The notes under the pieces are model-generated. The model was not told the DNA's origin, ran no database searches, and saw nothing but the letters and a program-made list of their open reading frames with translations. From contig NW_024704743.1 of assembly GCF_018977255.1 (NCBI RefSeq), positions 10,728,001-10,792,000 on the forward strand: DNA of 64,000 nt. The letters are read 5' to 3'. This document shows positions 1 through 12,649 of the stretch, piece after piece. This stretch comes from Callorhinchus milii (lineage: Eukaryota). Positions within the stretch are counted from its first letter, which is position 1; each line of letters starts with the position of its first letter. The position numbers and the translations under genes are program-made.

Positions 1-295
1 AAATAAAATTTTAAATCTTAATCACGACTGTTTTTGGAACACTGCTGTGCATAATTGGCTGCTGCCCACAAAATATATGCAGCGCTTCCCACCACTGCAT
101 TGAAGTATCATCATAAATTTCGGATAGAACTACATTGCAGCGCTTTCCTTCAGTGAAAATTAGCTTAAAATAAGGTTTCTGTCTGGACCTACTCCATTCA
201 CTGTGCAGGCGCAGTAAAACCCACTGTGGGATGGGAATTTATGAATCCCAACTCCGCATAAGGCCAAATTAAAGTTGGTTTAACTTTGGAAAGAA

Positions 296-575
296 AAGTT
301 AAACCGAAGCCTCATCTGCCTGTTCAGGTGGATGTTAAAGATCACACTGCACTATTGAAAAAGAGAAGGGAGGCTCTCCTGGTGTCCTGGCCAACAACCC
401 CCCATTAATATTGGTCACTCACTTCATGGCTGTTTGTGGGACATTCCTGCGCACAAATTGGCTGCCACAGTCACCTACAAAACACACAGACGCTCCACTT
501 TCAGTATATCTTGTGAAGCACTTTGGGAAGTTATCCCGATATGAAGGGTGCTAAAGCAAATGTGAGTATTATTAT
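296..575 (+). mobile_element. Deu-domain SINE (SacSINE1/AmnSINE1-like, 'family B'), 5'-truncated
   Basis: gttaaaccga..cctgttcaggtggatgttaaagatc..ggtgtcctggccaaca..gctgtttgtgggacatt..caaattggctgcc core, then L2-like tail tgtgaagcactttg..(att)n. Confidence 0.8.
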
Positions 576-989
576 TAAAGGATTAAAATACACACTTAGA
601 ATATATTCTGTGAAGCACTTTGAGAAATCCCAACATTGTGATAAGGCGCTATATCAAATGCAAGGATTATTATTATTAATATATAATGCAAAGTGTAAAG
701 GTCTGTGTCTGCATATTAGGATCTAATTTGTGTTTGTGTTCTAAAAGGGATTACTTAGACACACGCTGCTCTGAAGTAATCTCATTTGGGATCAACCATA
801 TTGATATAATACCATTGGTCCATTTGTGGTTTGTGGCTGTACTGAATTCAACTTTCAATGTTTGCAAACACTTGAAAGCATTTACTTTGTGTCAGGCTAC
901 CTGTGAGTATGAATATTGATTCATCATAACATTATTTCCTTTGCATCAAAATTTTCCTGTAAAAGTATAAAGAGCTGCCACAATATATT

Positions 990-1262
990 AAGTGCTGAGA
1001 CGGTGCTGCAACATCGGAGGTGTTAAATCGAGGTCCTGTCTCCCTGTTCAAGTGGATGTTGAAGATCCCATGGCACTATTCGGAAAGAGAAGAGAGTTTC
1101 TCTCTTTCTCAATTTTATTTGGGCGATTGGCAAATCCTCTGGCAAACAATAAACTAAAATCCGTCACTCACACCATAGCTGTTTGTGGGAATTGTTGTAA
1201 TGCCTTCACTCTGTGAAGGCATTACAAAGTGATAAGGTGTTTTATCATGTGTAACGTTTATT
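990..1262 (+). mobile_element. Deu-domain SINE family B fragment
   Basis: gttaaatcgaggtcctgtctccctgttcaagtggatgttgaagatcccatggcactattcg, matching other family B copies in the window. Confidence 0.75.
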
Positions 1263-1869
1263 ATGATTCTTATAAAATGGCAGAGCAAGCTCGTCAGTCT
1301 GAATGGCTTACTACCTGCGTTCTAAATCCATAAATTCCTAACAATTGACCTAATGCATGAGGAAGTCTGCAAATAGCAATGGGCAGGCACCCAGGGGCAC
1401 CCACCCACAGATGGAAAAATTAAGTCAATTTAAGTAGTCGCATCATGTAGCAGTAACATCGGTTCCCTCTGAGTTGGCGCTTGCTAAGTTTTGATTTGGG
1501 ATAGCAAGCAGGGATGTAGAGGCTCCAACTTGTTCACCAGTTTCTCTTTCATATACTTTCCACTGTGGTTTCAAATGCTATTATTCTGTTTGTGCATAGT
1601 TAGTGCTACTGCTTCCCCCCCTCCCCCCACCCTTACTACCTTGATGTGTTTATTTGTTTACTTTCTCAGTTCCGCTGTGGTTGCCAGTTATATTGTAGTC
1701 AATTTCCTGTTTCCTGGCCATCCTCCCCTCAGTCTGATTGGCCAGATTTTTCCTAGCCCTCTCAATGCTTCATCCTGTCACCATCAGCAAAATCTCTCCA
1801 CAAAGGGGATATGGATTGAAGCTCAGAAGAAGAACTCAGAATTAATTACGTTACACAGGGAGTGATGTG

Positions 1870-2130
1870 GCGTTAAACTGAAGACTTACCTGTGTGTGTT
1901 CGGGTGGATGTTAAATATCCCATGGCGCTTTTCAAAAAGAGAAGGGAGTTCCTCCGAGGCACGCTGGCCAGCAATCCCCAGATTAATTGATCGTTCATGG
2001 CTGTTTGTAGAACGTAGCGGGGTGCAAAGCAGCTCCCCCACTTTCCTTCAAATGCAGCAGAAATTCATGCAAAATGCTTTGAGATGTTTTAATGTACAGC
2101 ATTATATCAAATGCGGATGATTATTGTTAT
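1870..2130 (+). mobile_element. Deu-domain SINE family B fragment (diverged)
   Basis: cgttaaactga..gtggatgttaaatatcccatggc..gaagggagtt..tggccagca..ggctgtttgt..atatcaaatgc tail. Confidence 0.7.
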
Positions 2131-3376
2131 ATAAATGTCACACTGGATCGATTTCAAATAAATAATTGATTCCAAACAAAGGTTTATCGGATCAATAGTT
2201 ATTATCTGAGGAGTGAGTGTTCTTTGTAGCTTTAAAAATAAACACTTGTCTTCTGACATGTAACGTCTGCAAGAAAGGGCCCATGGTAAGTCTCTGATAC
2301 AGTGGATATTAGTCAATGTCTTCTCTCGAATGAGAAGATTCATTTAAAGGAAGCATTTACCATGGCATTGATTATCCATTATATAACTAATGGAAAAAAC
2401 AGCTGCTTTGTAGGGACAGTTCAAACTAGGTTTGCTGCACTCTAGTCACAGTTCTGTATTGGATCCATTATTGGATTAGCACACCCGAGTACAGCACTTA
2501 AAACAGAAGCAAGTGGCCAGCTTTAATGTACTATGAACCTTGATGGCAGACGCTGATCAGATATTCCATAAGTGGATAAAATATATAGTCTCTCTTATTA
2601 ACCTCGCTCAAACCTGCTATTGGAGATTACTTCAGTTAGACACCTACTGCTGGTCAGGATCAGTGCATGGGCTTTTAATGCTACTTACTTAAATTATTGT
2701 ACAGAATGAACAATTTGCGGGGCACTCCCATTAAGTGATTTCTGATGCAGCAGATGTTGCTGAAGGACAGCGCGAGAACTCAAAAGGAGCCAACACATAT
2801 TTTGCAAGTACGTTCTTGCAGTTTCCTTTTTGTTGCAGAAGTGCTGTGGCCAATTGAGTGTTAATCACGCACCAATATTGCACAAGAGTACAGCGTTAAT
2901 TGCCAATAGGATTCTGCTGGCCAGAAAGGGAACATGCACTGACATGATTATTGAACCACCGTGCAGCATTGCCTCTTAGACACTGCAATCTTTGTGACAG
3001 AAGTGATAATTGTTAAGTGAAAAGAACACAGTACCAAAAAGAAAGTTGTAAATAAGTAGCACACACCATGTGACGATGGCCTTTTGGAGTTACGCTTTCA
3101 CAGACATTGTAAATGAGACCATTATACGTTTATCTTACAGACAACAACTGCTATATTTACCATTTACCCAGGCCCCAGTAGACTTACAGTACAAATGCAC
3201 AAACATTTTATTGCCAACATTTTTGAGGGTCAAATAAGTTCGCCCATGTTTTTTGAAGCTCGGGTTAATTGTTTTTTGATGTGTTTTGATTGTTTGGCAG
3301 AAAATCACTGCTATTTGAGGATACTCCAAGAGACCATTGTCACATTGTGTGTGTTATGTATTTACAACTTTATTTT

Positions 3377-3760
3377 GTGGAGTCCTGCAGCATATTGGTT
3401 AGAGTATTTGCCTTGCAAGTGAGACAACATGGGTTCAAATCCAAGGAGGGCGAAATGTTAGGCAAAGTTCCTCACTCCACACGCCTCTTACCTAGCAGTC
3501 AGCAGGAATTTGGTTGATAATCGATTGGCGGATTGCTTTTCTGAGGGTAATAGTCCGTTCAAAAATAAAATTAAAATATTTTTAAAAATTGTTCATTCAT
3601 TCCTCGGCTGTTTGTGGGACACTGCTGTGCGCAATTGGCTGCTGCGTTTTGCCCACAAATATACAGTCAATTCACTTTACAGTATATTCTGTGAAGCGCT
3701 TTGAGACGTCTCGAAGTTGTGATAAGGCGTTATATCAAATGCAAAGATTATTATTATTAT
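3377..3760 (+). mobile_element. tRNA-Ala-derived SINE 'family A', long form
   Basis: GTGGAGTCC head, B box gggttcaaatcc, internal ttacctagcagt..gattggcggattgc block, Deu core, tail gcgttatatcaaatgcaaag(att)n. Confidence 0.85.
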
Positions 3761-4182
3761 AAGAAGCTCCTTATCAGTTAGACATACATTAATGAAAACG
3801 CATCCTTGAAACCTGTCTTTAATGATATCTTTGGGATTGATCCCCCATCTGACTATTGACCATTCAATTTCCAATCAATTACTTTTTTTTAAAAGTTTGC
3901 ATCGATTTTTAAAGGCATTTGTTCCAGGCAAAAAGGTGACATTTTGACAAGCTTTGAGATGTATTGGCGACTTGATTAGGCATTATATCAAATGTAAGGA
4001 TTATTATTATTTTAACATTTATTCTTAATTTTAAAATGGTGTGTGATGAAAAAGTTTTAAAAATTAAATTGCCACTTTGCATAAAGCCCTTTGCAATAAC
4101 AAAAGCCAGGTTACTAGGTTGGGCTAGGCTGCCAGTTTTCACCAATGATCTATATAAAAATAGAAAACACATGTTGTGACTT

Positions 4183-4410
4183 ATAGAATTATAGAATCAT
4201 AAGATAGTTCCTTCGATCACAGAAGGAGCCCATTATATCCGTGTTCATGTTGGCTCCCCCCTTCAATTATCTGCTGTAATCCCATTCTATTACTCTTTTT
4301 CCCCATATCCCTTCATGCTACTTAGACTTAAATATTTATCCAATTGCCTTTAAAGGGCTCCTATGAAGTCAACTATTTGTGGTGAGACATTCCGAAACCT
4401 CCTGTACTCT
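4183..4410 (-). mobile_element. CR1 LINE 3' fragment (old)
   Basis: tagaattatagaatcata tail repeats and ccccatatcccttc / tttatccaattgcctt typical of the reverse CR1 3' end. Confidence 0.6.
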
Positions 4411-4649
4411 TTCCCCTCCTTTTAACCAATCACAAACAACTACATGATTATTCTTGTTGATAACAATCTCACATTGACTGAATAGTCACTACCTTGGATG
4501 GATATACTCTGGGTCCACTTACGCCATGACACTTTTATTTGCTTCACAACTATTGCCTTGGTTTATGATCACACATCAGGTGCTCAATTAATGACACCTG
4601 AGTAGTTTCTGAATCACTTCATTCAAGGAAACACCCTCAAGTCAGAACC

Positions 4650-5062
4650 ACTGAATCAGAAGATTGTGGGTTTGAGGCCCACATGAGGATTTTTAACTCC
4701 CAAAGTCTAGCCTGACACTATAATACAGTGATGGGGGTGGGCTGCACTGTTAGAGGTGAAATCCTTGGAATTAAATGTTAAATTAAGGTCCCATCTGTCT
4801 GTTTTAGTGGATATTAAAGGTCCTATGGCATTATTAAAAAGAAGAGTTAGCTTCTCTTGGTGTCCTGGCCAACAATTCTCCAGATAAAATTGTTCATTCG
4901 CTTCATGGCTGTTTGTGAGATATTACTGTGTGCAAATTGACTGCTGCATTCGCCTGTATAATAAAATCATTTCACTTTACAATGCATCCTATGAAACTCT
5001 TTGAGACATGGGACCGAAGTGAAAGATGCTATTTCAAATCTAAGGATTATTATCATTATTAC
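4650..5062 (+). mobile_element. Deu-domain SINE family B
   Basis: ctgaatcagaagattgtgggttt head, Deu core ggctgtttgtgaga..caaattgactgc, tail ggattattat. Confidence 0.8.
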
Positions 5063-5574
5063 CATTTTTGATATCTGTTGTATCAATCTGTGTTATCTTT
5101 TATTCACTTGTTAAATCTCACAGGTAATTTCCAACATCCTGTTACTAGCTCTGTCAATCCTTTTGAAATGAGATTTTTTAATTTGTCATTTTCTGCTTAT
5201 CGCTATGAACATCTTGCCTTTTTGTAAAACAATTTATTGCCAGCAAATTCATAGTTTCTGATTTTAATCCTTTATTTCACAGCAGCTCCACGGAAAAGAT
5301 TGTTTCCCTGGGCTGGTTGGTTTTGTGTGTGTTTAAGCCCCGTACGCTTAATGCTAATTTTCATAGTAACAAAGTTTCTAATATGTCAATAGTAGTTTTA
5401 ATGCTGTAAAGTAATTTATCATGAAACTTCACAAATAACAACTTTGAAAAACTAGTTTAATTCCCCATTTTTTTTTTATTTTCCATTTTATTTCTGCCGT
5501 GTTAATGCTTTTAAATAAAATTTTACTTTTCCCTATTTGATATCAACTTATTTATCGCCTGCATACATTTGTGC

Positions 5575-5995
5575 GTCAGCCTGGCTCAGTAGTAGCACTC
5601 TCGCCTCTGAGTCAAGATGTTGTGGATTCAAGCCCCACGTCAGGACTTGGAATCACGAAGTCTAAGATGACGCTCCAATGTGGTGTTGCATTGTCAAAGG
5701 TGCTGTCCTTCGGATGAGATGTTAAACTGAGGTCCCATCTACCTGTTCAGGTGTACGTTAACTATTCCATGACACTATTCAAAAATGTAAAGGAGTTTCT
5801 CCCGGTGTCTTGGCCAACAATCCTCAAATAAAATTGGTCACTCACTCCATGGTTGTTTATGGAACATTGCTATGTGCAGACTGGCTGCACATTTGCCTGG
5901 AATATACACAGGTAATCTACTTTACAGTGTATCCTGTGAAGCGCATTGAGAGGTCTCTTGATAAGGCATATCAAATGCAAGGATGATTATTATCA
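5575..5995 (+). mobile_element. Deu-domain SINE family B, near full length
   Basis: gtcagcctggctcagtagtag (A box), ggattcaagccc (B box), ggatgagatgttaaactgagg, Deu core, L2-like tail. Confidence 0.85.
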
Positions 5996-6059
5996 GTAGT
6001 AGTAGTGTATTGAATGGGAGCTTGATCAGCAACTATCTATTACACCCTGGGACTGAAGA

Positions 6060-6310
6060 AGTGAACATACAGTTCAGATGTAATTATTTTACCCAGAGAG
6101 TTGTATATATATGGAAAAGACTACCTGGAGAGACCATGGAGACAGATTGTGTCAACAGACTCAAGAGAAAAACGTAATAGCTATTTGGGTAGAAATTCAA
6201 TTGAAGGGTATAAGAGACAGAGAAGGGTTGGATTATTTATTTTTGTTTTAAAATTAAACTGACCAGATGGATCGCAATAGTCTTTTCCGGCCCTGAACAT
6301 TCTTGTGTAA
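6060..6310 (+). mobile_element. CR1 LINE 3' fragment (old)
   Basis: Translates as FTQRVVYIWKRLP, the CR1 ORF2 C-terminal FTQRVVxxWNxLP motif. Confidence 0.7.
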
Positions 6311-7316
6311 CTATGAGTAATCCAGATTGATTGAAGAGCTGTCACTTGTGAGGAAGTAAGTTTTGCCATTTCCTGCTCATTCACATTGTGGCTCATAGTT
6401 TTGGTGAATGACATTGGCAGAGCAATAGAAAAGAATAACATGAGAGATTACGGACTGTAACTCTTGGAGAATGAACGGAAAGGTTTTTGTTAGTCTAATC
6501 CACTGTCATGACTTAGCAGTACTGCAGTAAATATGATGGCAATTTAATTCAAAAACCCACCACCGGCATTTATTGCTGTTGAGCAGTAGACAGAATCTAA
6601 AGCTCTTTTCATCTTATATCGTTGCTATTCCCCAGGCTCAGCTCCAGGTGATTTGTCCCAGTTACAATAAGAGACATATTGCCTGTGTTTTTTTTAACCG
6701 TCAACTCAAGCATTTCCCATCACATAACAGAACTGATGGAGAGTATGCAATATTGCCCTCAGGCTGAAGCTTTACATATTATAGCACAGAATTAGTTACC
6801 TCTGAAATTGCCGGGTCAACAATTTACTGCTGTCTCCTAAAATTGCACTCAACGTTTGACCACTTGACTTCAAAAAGATAGCTGCTGGTGATATGGTTAA
6901 AAATGTATCACACAATGAAAACTGTGATTTTCCTTATTGTGAAAAAAAATCTCAGCCTATTGCAGTCAACAAGTAGGTTACCCTGCAGCAATAAGGCCAA
7001 AATATGTAACTTGGAATGAGAATGCATGTATCTGATTCAGGAGAATACATCTTACATTTAGTCTGATGTGCCACATTATTTTTAAGAGATGTTGCTTTCT
7101 TCGAGAAATTTTATCCTGATTGGTTGCTATGCTGGAACCCTAGCAATGCTGAGATCAACGCTTGCAGTTTCAGCTATTTGATTTGATAAAGCAAAGAGAT
7201 ATCTAAAACAAACACCTTTTTTTCCCAACCCTGCGGACTGTTCCAATCAGACTAAATTCACATGTTGTCTGTATCTAATGTAGAAATTCTTTTGTTTATT
7301 TGAAAGAGGTTACTGA

Positions 7317-7659
7317 AATCCTGCAGCTCAGTGGTTAGAGCACTCACCTCGCAAGTGAGAGGACCCGAATTTGATTCCCAGTCAGGGCGAAACCTTAGGA
7401 AAGTTTCCTTACTCCACACTCTTTGGTTTACCTAGCAGTAAGTAGGAATCTAGTTGTTAGTCAATTGGCAAACCGCTTTCTGGGGGTAATAACCCCTTAA
7501 AAAATGTTGTCACTCAATCCACGGCTGTTTGTGCTACGCTGCTGTGTGGGATTGGCTGCCACGTTTCACTCACAAAATATACAGTCAATTGACTTTACAG
7601 TATATTCTGTCTTAACAACGTGATAAATTGCTATATCAAATGTAGGATTATTATTATTA
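7317..7659 (+). mobile_element. tRNA-Ala-derived SINE family A, long form
   Basis: gcagctcagtggttagagcac A box, ctcgcaa loop, tttacctagcagtaagtaggaat block, Deu core, (att)n tail. Confidence 0.85.
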
Positions 7660-7734
7660 CTACACTTTTCTTTCAGAAAACAAAGTGGAGTCTCAGTGAG
7701 CAGGGGAGAGGGAGCTCAACAGAGAGATGACCAC

Positions 7735-8310
7735 ACGTGGAATACTGTGTGCAGTTTTGGTCTCCTTATTTAAGGAAGGATGTACTTGCCTTGGAGGGGG
7801 AGCAGCGTAGATTAGGGGATTAGCACCAGGGATGAAGGGAATGAGTTACGAGGATAGGATAACCAATTTGGGCCTATATTCTCTAGAATATAGAAGAATT
7901 AAAGGGGATCTTTTAGAAATCTATAAGATCATCAAAGGGACTGATAGAGTAGATAGCGGGAGATTGTTTCCCCTGGTTGGAGAAACTAAAACCAGGGGTC
8001 ACAACCTTAAAATCAGAGGCCAACCCTTTCGCACTGAGTTGAGGAAGAACTTCTTCACTCAAAGGGTGATGAATGTATGGAACTCACTACCCCAAAGGGC
8101 TGTTGATGCTCAGTCCTTGAGCATATTCAAGACAGAGATAGATATGTTTCTTATTGCAAAAGGGATTAAGGGATATGGGGATAAGGCAGGGTTAGGTTAT
8201 TAGCTGGAGTTAGATTAGAAGATCAGCCATGATTGAATGGTGGGGCAGGCTCGAAGGGCCGAATGGCCTACTCCTCCTCCTACATGTTATGTTATATTAT
8301 GTTATGTTAT
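7735..8310 (+). mobile_element. CR1 LINE, 5'-truncated (ORF2 C-terminus and 3' UTR)
   Basis: ORF 7832-8203 with LGLYSLEYRR, TRGHNLKI, FFTQRVMNVWNSLP; 3' UTR ggccgaatggcctactcct; (tgtta)n tail. Confidence 0.95.
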
Positions 8311-8349
8311 GACAACAGCAACTTGCATTCATATTGCATTCATATTCAA

Positions 8350-8993
8350 GGAGTGCTGCAGCTCAGTGGTGAGAGCACTCGCTTTGCAAGTGAGAGACCT
8401 GAGTTCAATTAATAATAATAATAATCCTTGCATTTGATATAGCGCTTTTCACGTCGGGAGGACATCCCAAAGCGCTTCACAGAACACACTGTAAAGTGAA
8501 TTGACTGTATATTTGTGGGCGAACGCGGCAGCCAAATGCGCACAGCAATGTCCCACAAACATTCGTAGATTGAAAATGACCAATTTTATTATTGTTTTTT
8601 GTTTTGGAGGGATTATTATTAGGCGTGTGGAGTAAGGAAACTTGCCCAAGGTTTCGCCCTGCCTGGAATTGAACTCAGGTCTCTCACTTGCAAAGCGAGT
8701 GCTCTAACCACTGAGCTACAGGACTCCACATTCCAGGCAGGGCGAAACCTTGGGCAAGTTTCCTTACTGCACACCCCTGATAATAATCGCTCCCAAAAAA
8801 AACACAATAATAAATTGGTCATTTTCAATCCGTGACTGTTTTTGGGACATTACTGTGCGCAATTGGCTGCCGCGTTTGCCCACAAATATACAGTCAATTC
8901 ACTTTACAGTATATTCTGTGAAGGGCTTTGGGACATCTAGAAGACGTGAAAAGTGCTATATCAAGGCAAGGATTATTATTATTATTATTATTA
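8350..8993 (+). mobile_element. Family A SINE (short form) split in its B box by an antisense family A copy
   Basis: Head 8350-8410 ends gagttcaatt; body resumes attccaggcaggg at 8730 and runs to the (att)n tail. Confidence 0.9.
8411..8729 (-). mobile_element. Family A SINE, short form, full length
   Basis: Reverse complement reads GTGGAGTCCTGTAGCTCAGTGGTTAGAGC..TTTGCAA..GAGTTCAATTCC..Deu core..(att)n. Confidence 0.92.
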
Positions 8994-11900
8994 TATTGTG
9001 CCCTTTCCGTGGAGTAGCATCTTGGAGTGCTTAAACAGGGATCTTTGTCAAATACATAAGCAGTGAAGAAAAAAAAGGGGGGTTGGTCAGGGGGGAGAGA
9101 ATGAGAGACAGACATACAAACACAAAGAATGTATGTGCATATGTCAACTTAAATTTGGTGTGAATGAAGGAGTAGGATGGTGACACAAAGCACCCTGAGG
9201 AAAGAGATAACAGGATACAACCATTATCCTAGATTCCATGCATTCTGCTCTGTTCGGAGTCAGGCTATTTTAGCATTGAGAGGATATTACACAGTTTATT
9301 ACTGGGGCTCTTCTGAGAGCAATTGTTCTTACAAGTCAAACATAATCCGGCAAGACACCAATTGCATACAGAATTACACTTGTCCTGGGCTCATCATTTG
9401 AAACCAGGATAAACAAGTATCATTTAGAATAATAATAATCCTTAAACTTGATATAACACCTTTCATGTAATGGGGGGGAAGGTCTCAAAGCGCTTCACAG
9501 GATTTACTGAAAATATGTATTTTGGAGGCAAATAGGCATTTTCAAAGTGAGAACACTTGTTAGAGCATTCGCCTTGCGAGTGAAATGACATGGGTTCAAT
9601 TCCAGGGAGGGCAAAATATTCTGCAAGTTTGCATTATATTTAACAAGTGTTCAATAACTTCAATCTTGCTCATTGTGACTCCATTAATTCTTCATGGTAT
9701 ATCACTTTTCCTTGCTTCTATTTTTAATGAATAGAAAGTGAGTTGCTCCCAGTGCCCTGCAATCCTCCCACCCCCACCTCCAAAAAGAAATTATTCATTC
9801 ACTTCATGGCTACTTGTGGGACATTGCTGTAAGCAAAATGTCTGCCATTTTCACTCACAATAAACACTGCAAGTTTAGAGTGGAGGGCTTTCAAACATCC
9901 TCCTAATGTGGAAGACGCTATATCGAATGTAAGGATTATCATTCACAAAATCACAAGATCGTTTTCGATAAAGAATGCCCTTCTGATCTCATCATTCCAT
10001 TATTCTAGTGTGCGTAAGATTGGGAGGTGAACTAGTGCAATTGAAGCTTTTAACATGAGTGGGACACAGAGAGGTTGTAGCCTGTGCAGGTGTTGATGGA
10101 CTTCAGGCCAGGGTTTTGCATTGTGCAAGGCACTGTTACCAATGTTGTATTCATAGCAGAAAAGTTGATTCCTCATTGGTGTTGATTTCAGCTAAATATC
10201 CATATTGGCACATCAAAATATCCTCAGGGAATCCTGGGAACACACAAATGCCACAATTATTTCCTTCCCAGAACGAGAAAATACTAGTTGGTACTCACTA
10301 ATAATGGGCTATTCATCATATAAGAACTTATTGTTTTTTTTCACAAATGGGTCAAGTAGACCCAAATTTAGGAACATTGTAGACTCTAATCCCTCCCCAT
10401 TCCATTCTTCCTAAAATGTTTTCACTCTTCCTTAGCTTTGGTTCAATTCACTTTACAGTATTTTCTGTGAAGCGCTTTGAGATGTCTCGCAGGCCTGGTA
10501 AAGCACTATATCAAATGCAAGGATTATTATTATTATTATTATGATTAATATTATATTGGTTCCATAGGTACTGGTTGTCCTTTGGTGCCGCATCGAAAAC
10601 AGCAATTTGTTTTCTCATGGAGTCTATCGTGTACCCTTCACTAAAAATAATGATCTCCTTATTACCACTGCACCCCTAACCTCTGGAACTCCTTCCCTCT
10701 ACCCCTCCAAATCACCTTAAATTATGAACACCTCATCTTGAAATCCACCTTAAAAACTACCTTTTCAACCTCTTCCTATTGTCAATTTTACCTTCCCCCT
10801 CCTCCTCTCCCCTTTTCATTGCTCAGCGTCCAACCTCAACTTTGTAAAGTGCTCCATAACCTTTATCCATTGTGAACGGTGGTATATAATTGGAAGCTGT
10901 TAGTGCACTATTTCAGGGATCAGGAAGTGTTGGCAGGTTCTTTGAGCATGGGATAAATAAGAGTTCCTTGAATTGTCTACCTTGTGAAAATGGGGAATAA
11001 TGATAAAATTTAATATAAAGCATTTTCACAATAATCCAACTGAATTGGACCCTATAAAAAGAAAGAGAAAAACTGTTTTGTTTCTACTTTGAGTTATTTC
11101 CCAATGGGATTCCTTAATAAGGAACGTGGTTCTTTTTGTTTGGTCACCGGATGACTGACACATAGAGAAACCCATCACAGTGTGTCAAAACCATACTGAA
11201 AGTTCCAACATCATCCTAGCCAATAATCCCCCAGATAAAATTGACTGTTCACTTTGCGGCTGTTTGTGGGACATTGCTGTATGCAAATTGGCTGCACATT
11301 TTGCCTACAAAATACACAGGCACACATTTCACAGTAAAAATTTGTGAAGTGCTTGGAGACATCTCAACAATGTGATAAGGTATCATATCTATCGCATGGA
11401 TTATTATTATGTAAGCCACCCACACATGGGAACTGTGCTTGGAATGCACTGCATTTTAACATCATCCTGTCTCTTATCACCCAGTGGGTGAGCTTTCAGC
11501 AACTTTGCCCTTTCTTCCCAAATCCATCTACCCCCACCCCCTTCTCAGTTTTCATAATCTACCTCAATCCAATCTCATTGACTGTGCTTTCAGCCACCTT
11601 TCCCTTATCCCCCTTTCATTTCCCTCCTATCTTAGACTCCAGCTCAGCCTCTGTGAAGCACTCTGAGACATCTTCCAACATGACAACATTGTTGACAACA
11701 CTTCACCCAAACCAGGCAAATACTCTAAATGCTGGTGCTTTAGTCATAAATTTGTCATGGCATTGCAGAAGCCCAACTTAAATACAATTCATCTTTACTG
11801 CAGTGCCACGATTGCTGTTTTGGAGCACACTTCCTTAATTTATTTACATTTTTGATTACCACACAAATATACAGTCAATTTACTTTACAGTGTATTTTGT

Positions 11901-12300
11901 GAAGTGCTTTGAGTCTAGAAGACGTGATAAGGCGTTATATCAAATGCAGGGATTATTATTACAGTTGTTGATAAAAGAACACAAATAACATCAGCACACA
12001 AGACACAAATTAATTTTCATCCGTAGTCTTTGACTTAGACTTGGGCTGGCCTCTAGGGCCAGGGCTGTGCTGACATTTTTCTTTCATTATTCACTAGCAT
12101 TAATTCTATTTTAAAACAAGTAGATAGTATGAACCTTAAAACTGTATCTCAGGGCTTCTTTTGTCTAAATGTCGTCCTGTACTTGGCATCTGTTTACAGT
12201 ACAGATTCACGGTCATGTGTGAAGCCTAGTATAAATACCGCCTGTTAAATGGATATTCTCTTCCTTCACTCTTATCTTAGGGGCAATGAAATTAATGCTC

Positions 12301-12649
12301 TCATAGATACATAGACATAGAAACAGGAGTAGGCTATTCAGCCGCTCGAGCCTGTTCTGCCATTTTATAAAAACATGGCTGATCTCAAGTCCAGTTTACC
12401 CGCCTTTGCCCCATTCCCTTAATACTCTGACCTAACAAATATTTATTTACCTCCATCTTGAAAATGTGAATGAGCCAGCATCCATAGCCTTTTGGGGGAG
12501 AGAGTTCCAGATTTTCACTACTTTTTGGGTGAAAAACTGTATCTTAATTGTACACCTAAATGGCCTAGCTCTATTTTTAAAATCATAAGATCATATCCTA
12601 TTGAATACCTTCATTATTTTAAAACCTTAATCAACTCATCCCTCAACCT
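12301..12649 (-). mobile_element. CR1 LINE 3' fragment
   Basis: catagatacatagacatag tail, ggagtaggctattcagcc 3' UTR, gagagagttccaga (WNSLP antisense). Confidence 0.85.

Noticed and set aside
278..306. 11-bp hairpin ggtttaacttt/aaagttaaacc
   Set aside because: AT-rich, one arm overlaps a SINE boundary; no terminator meaning in this context.
8655..8729. tRNA-Ala-like sequences (also at 3377, 7317, 45653, about 50700 and others)
   Set aside because: Each continues into a SINE body and tail; these are SINE heads, not tRNA genes.
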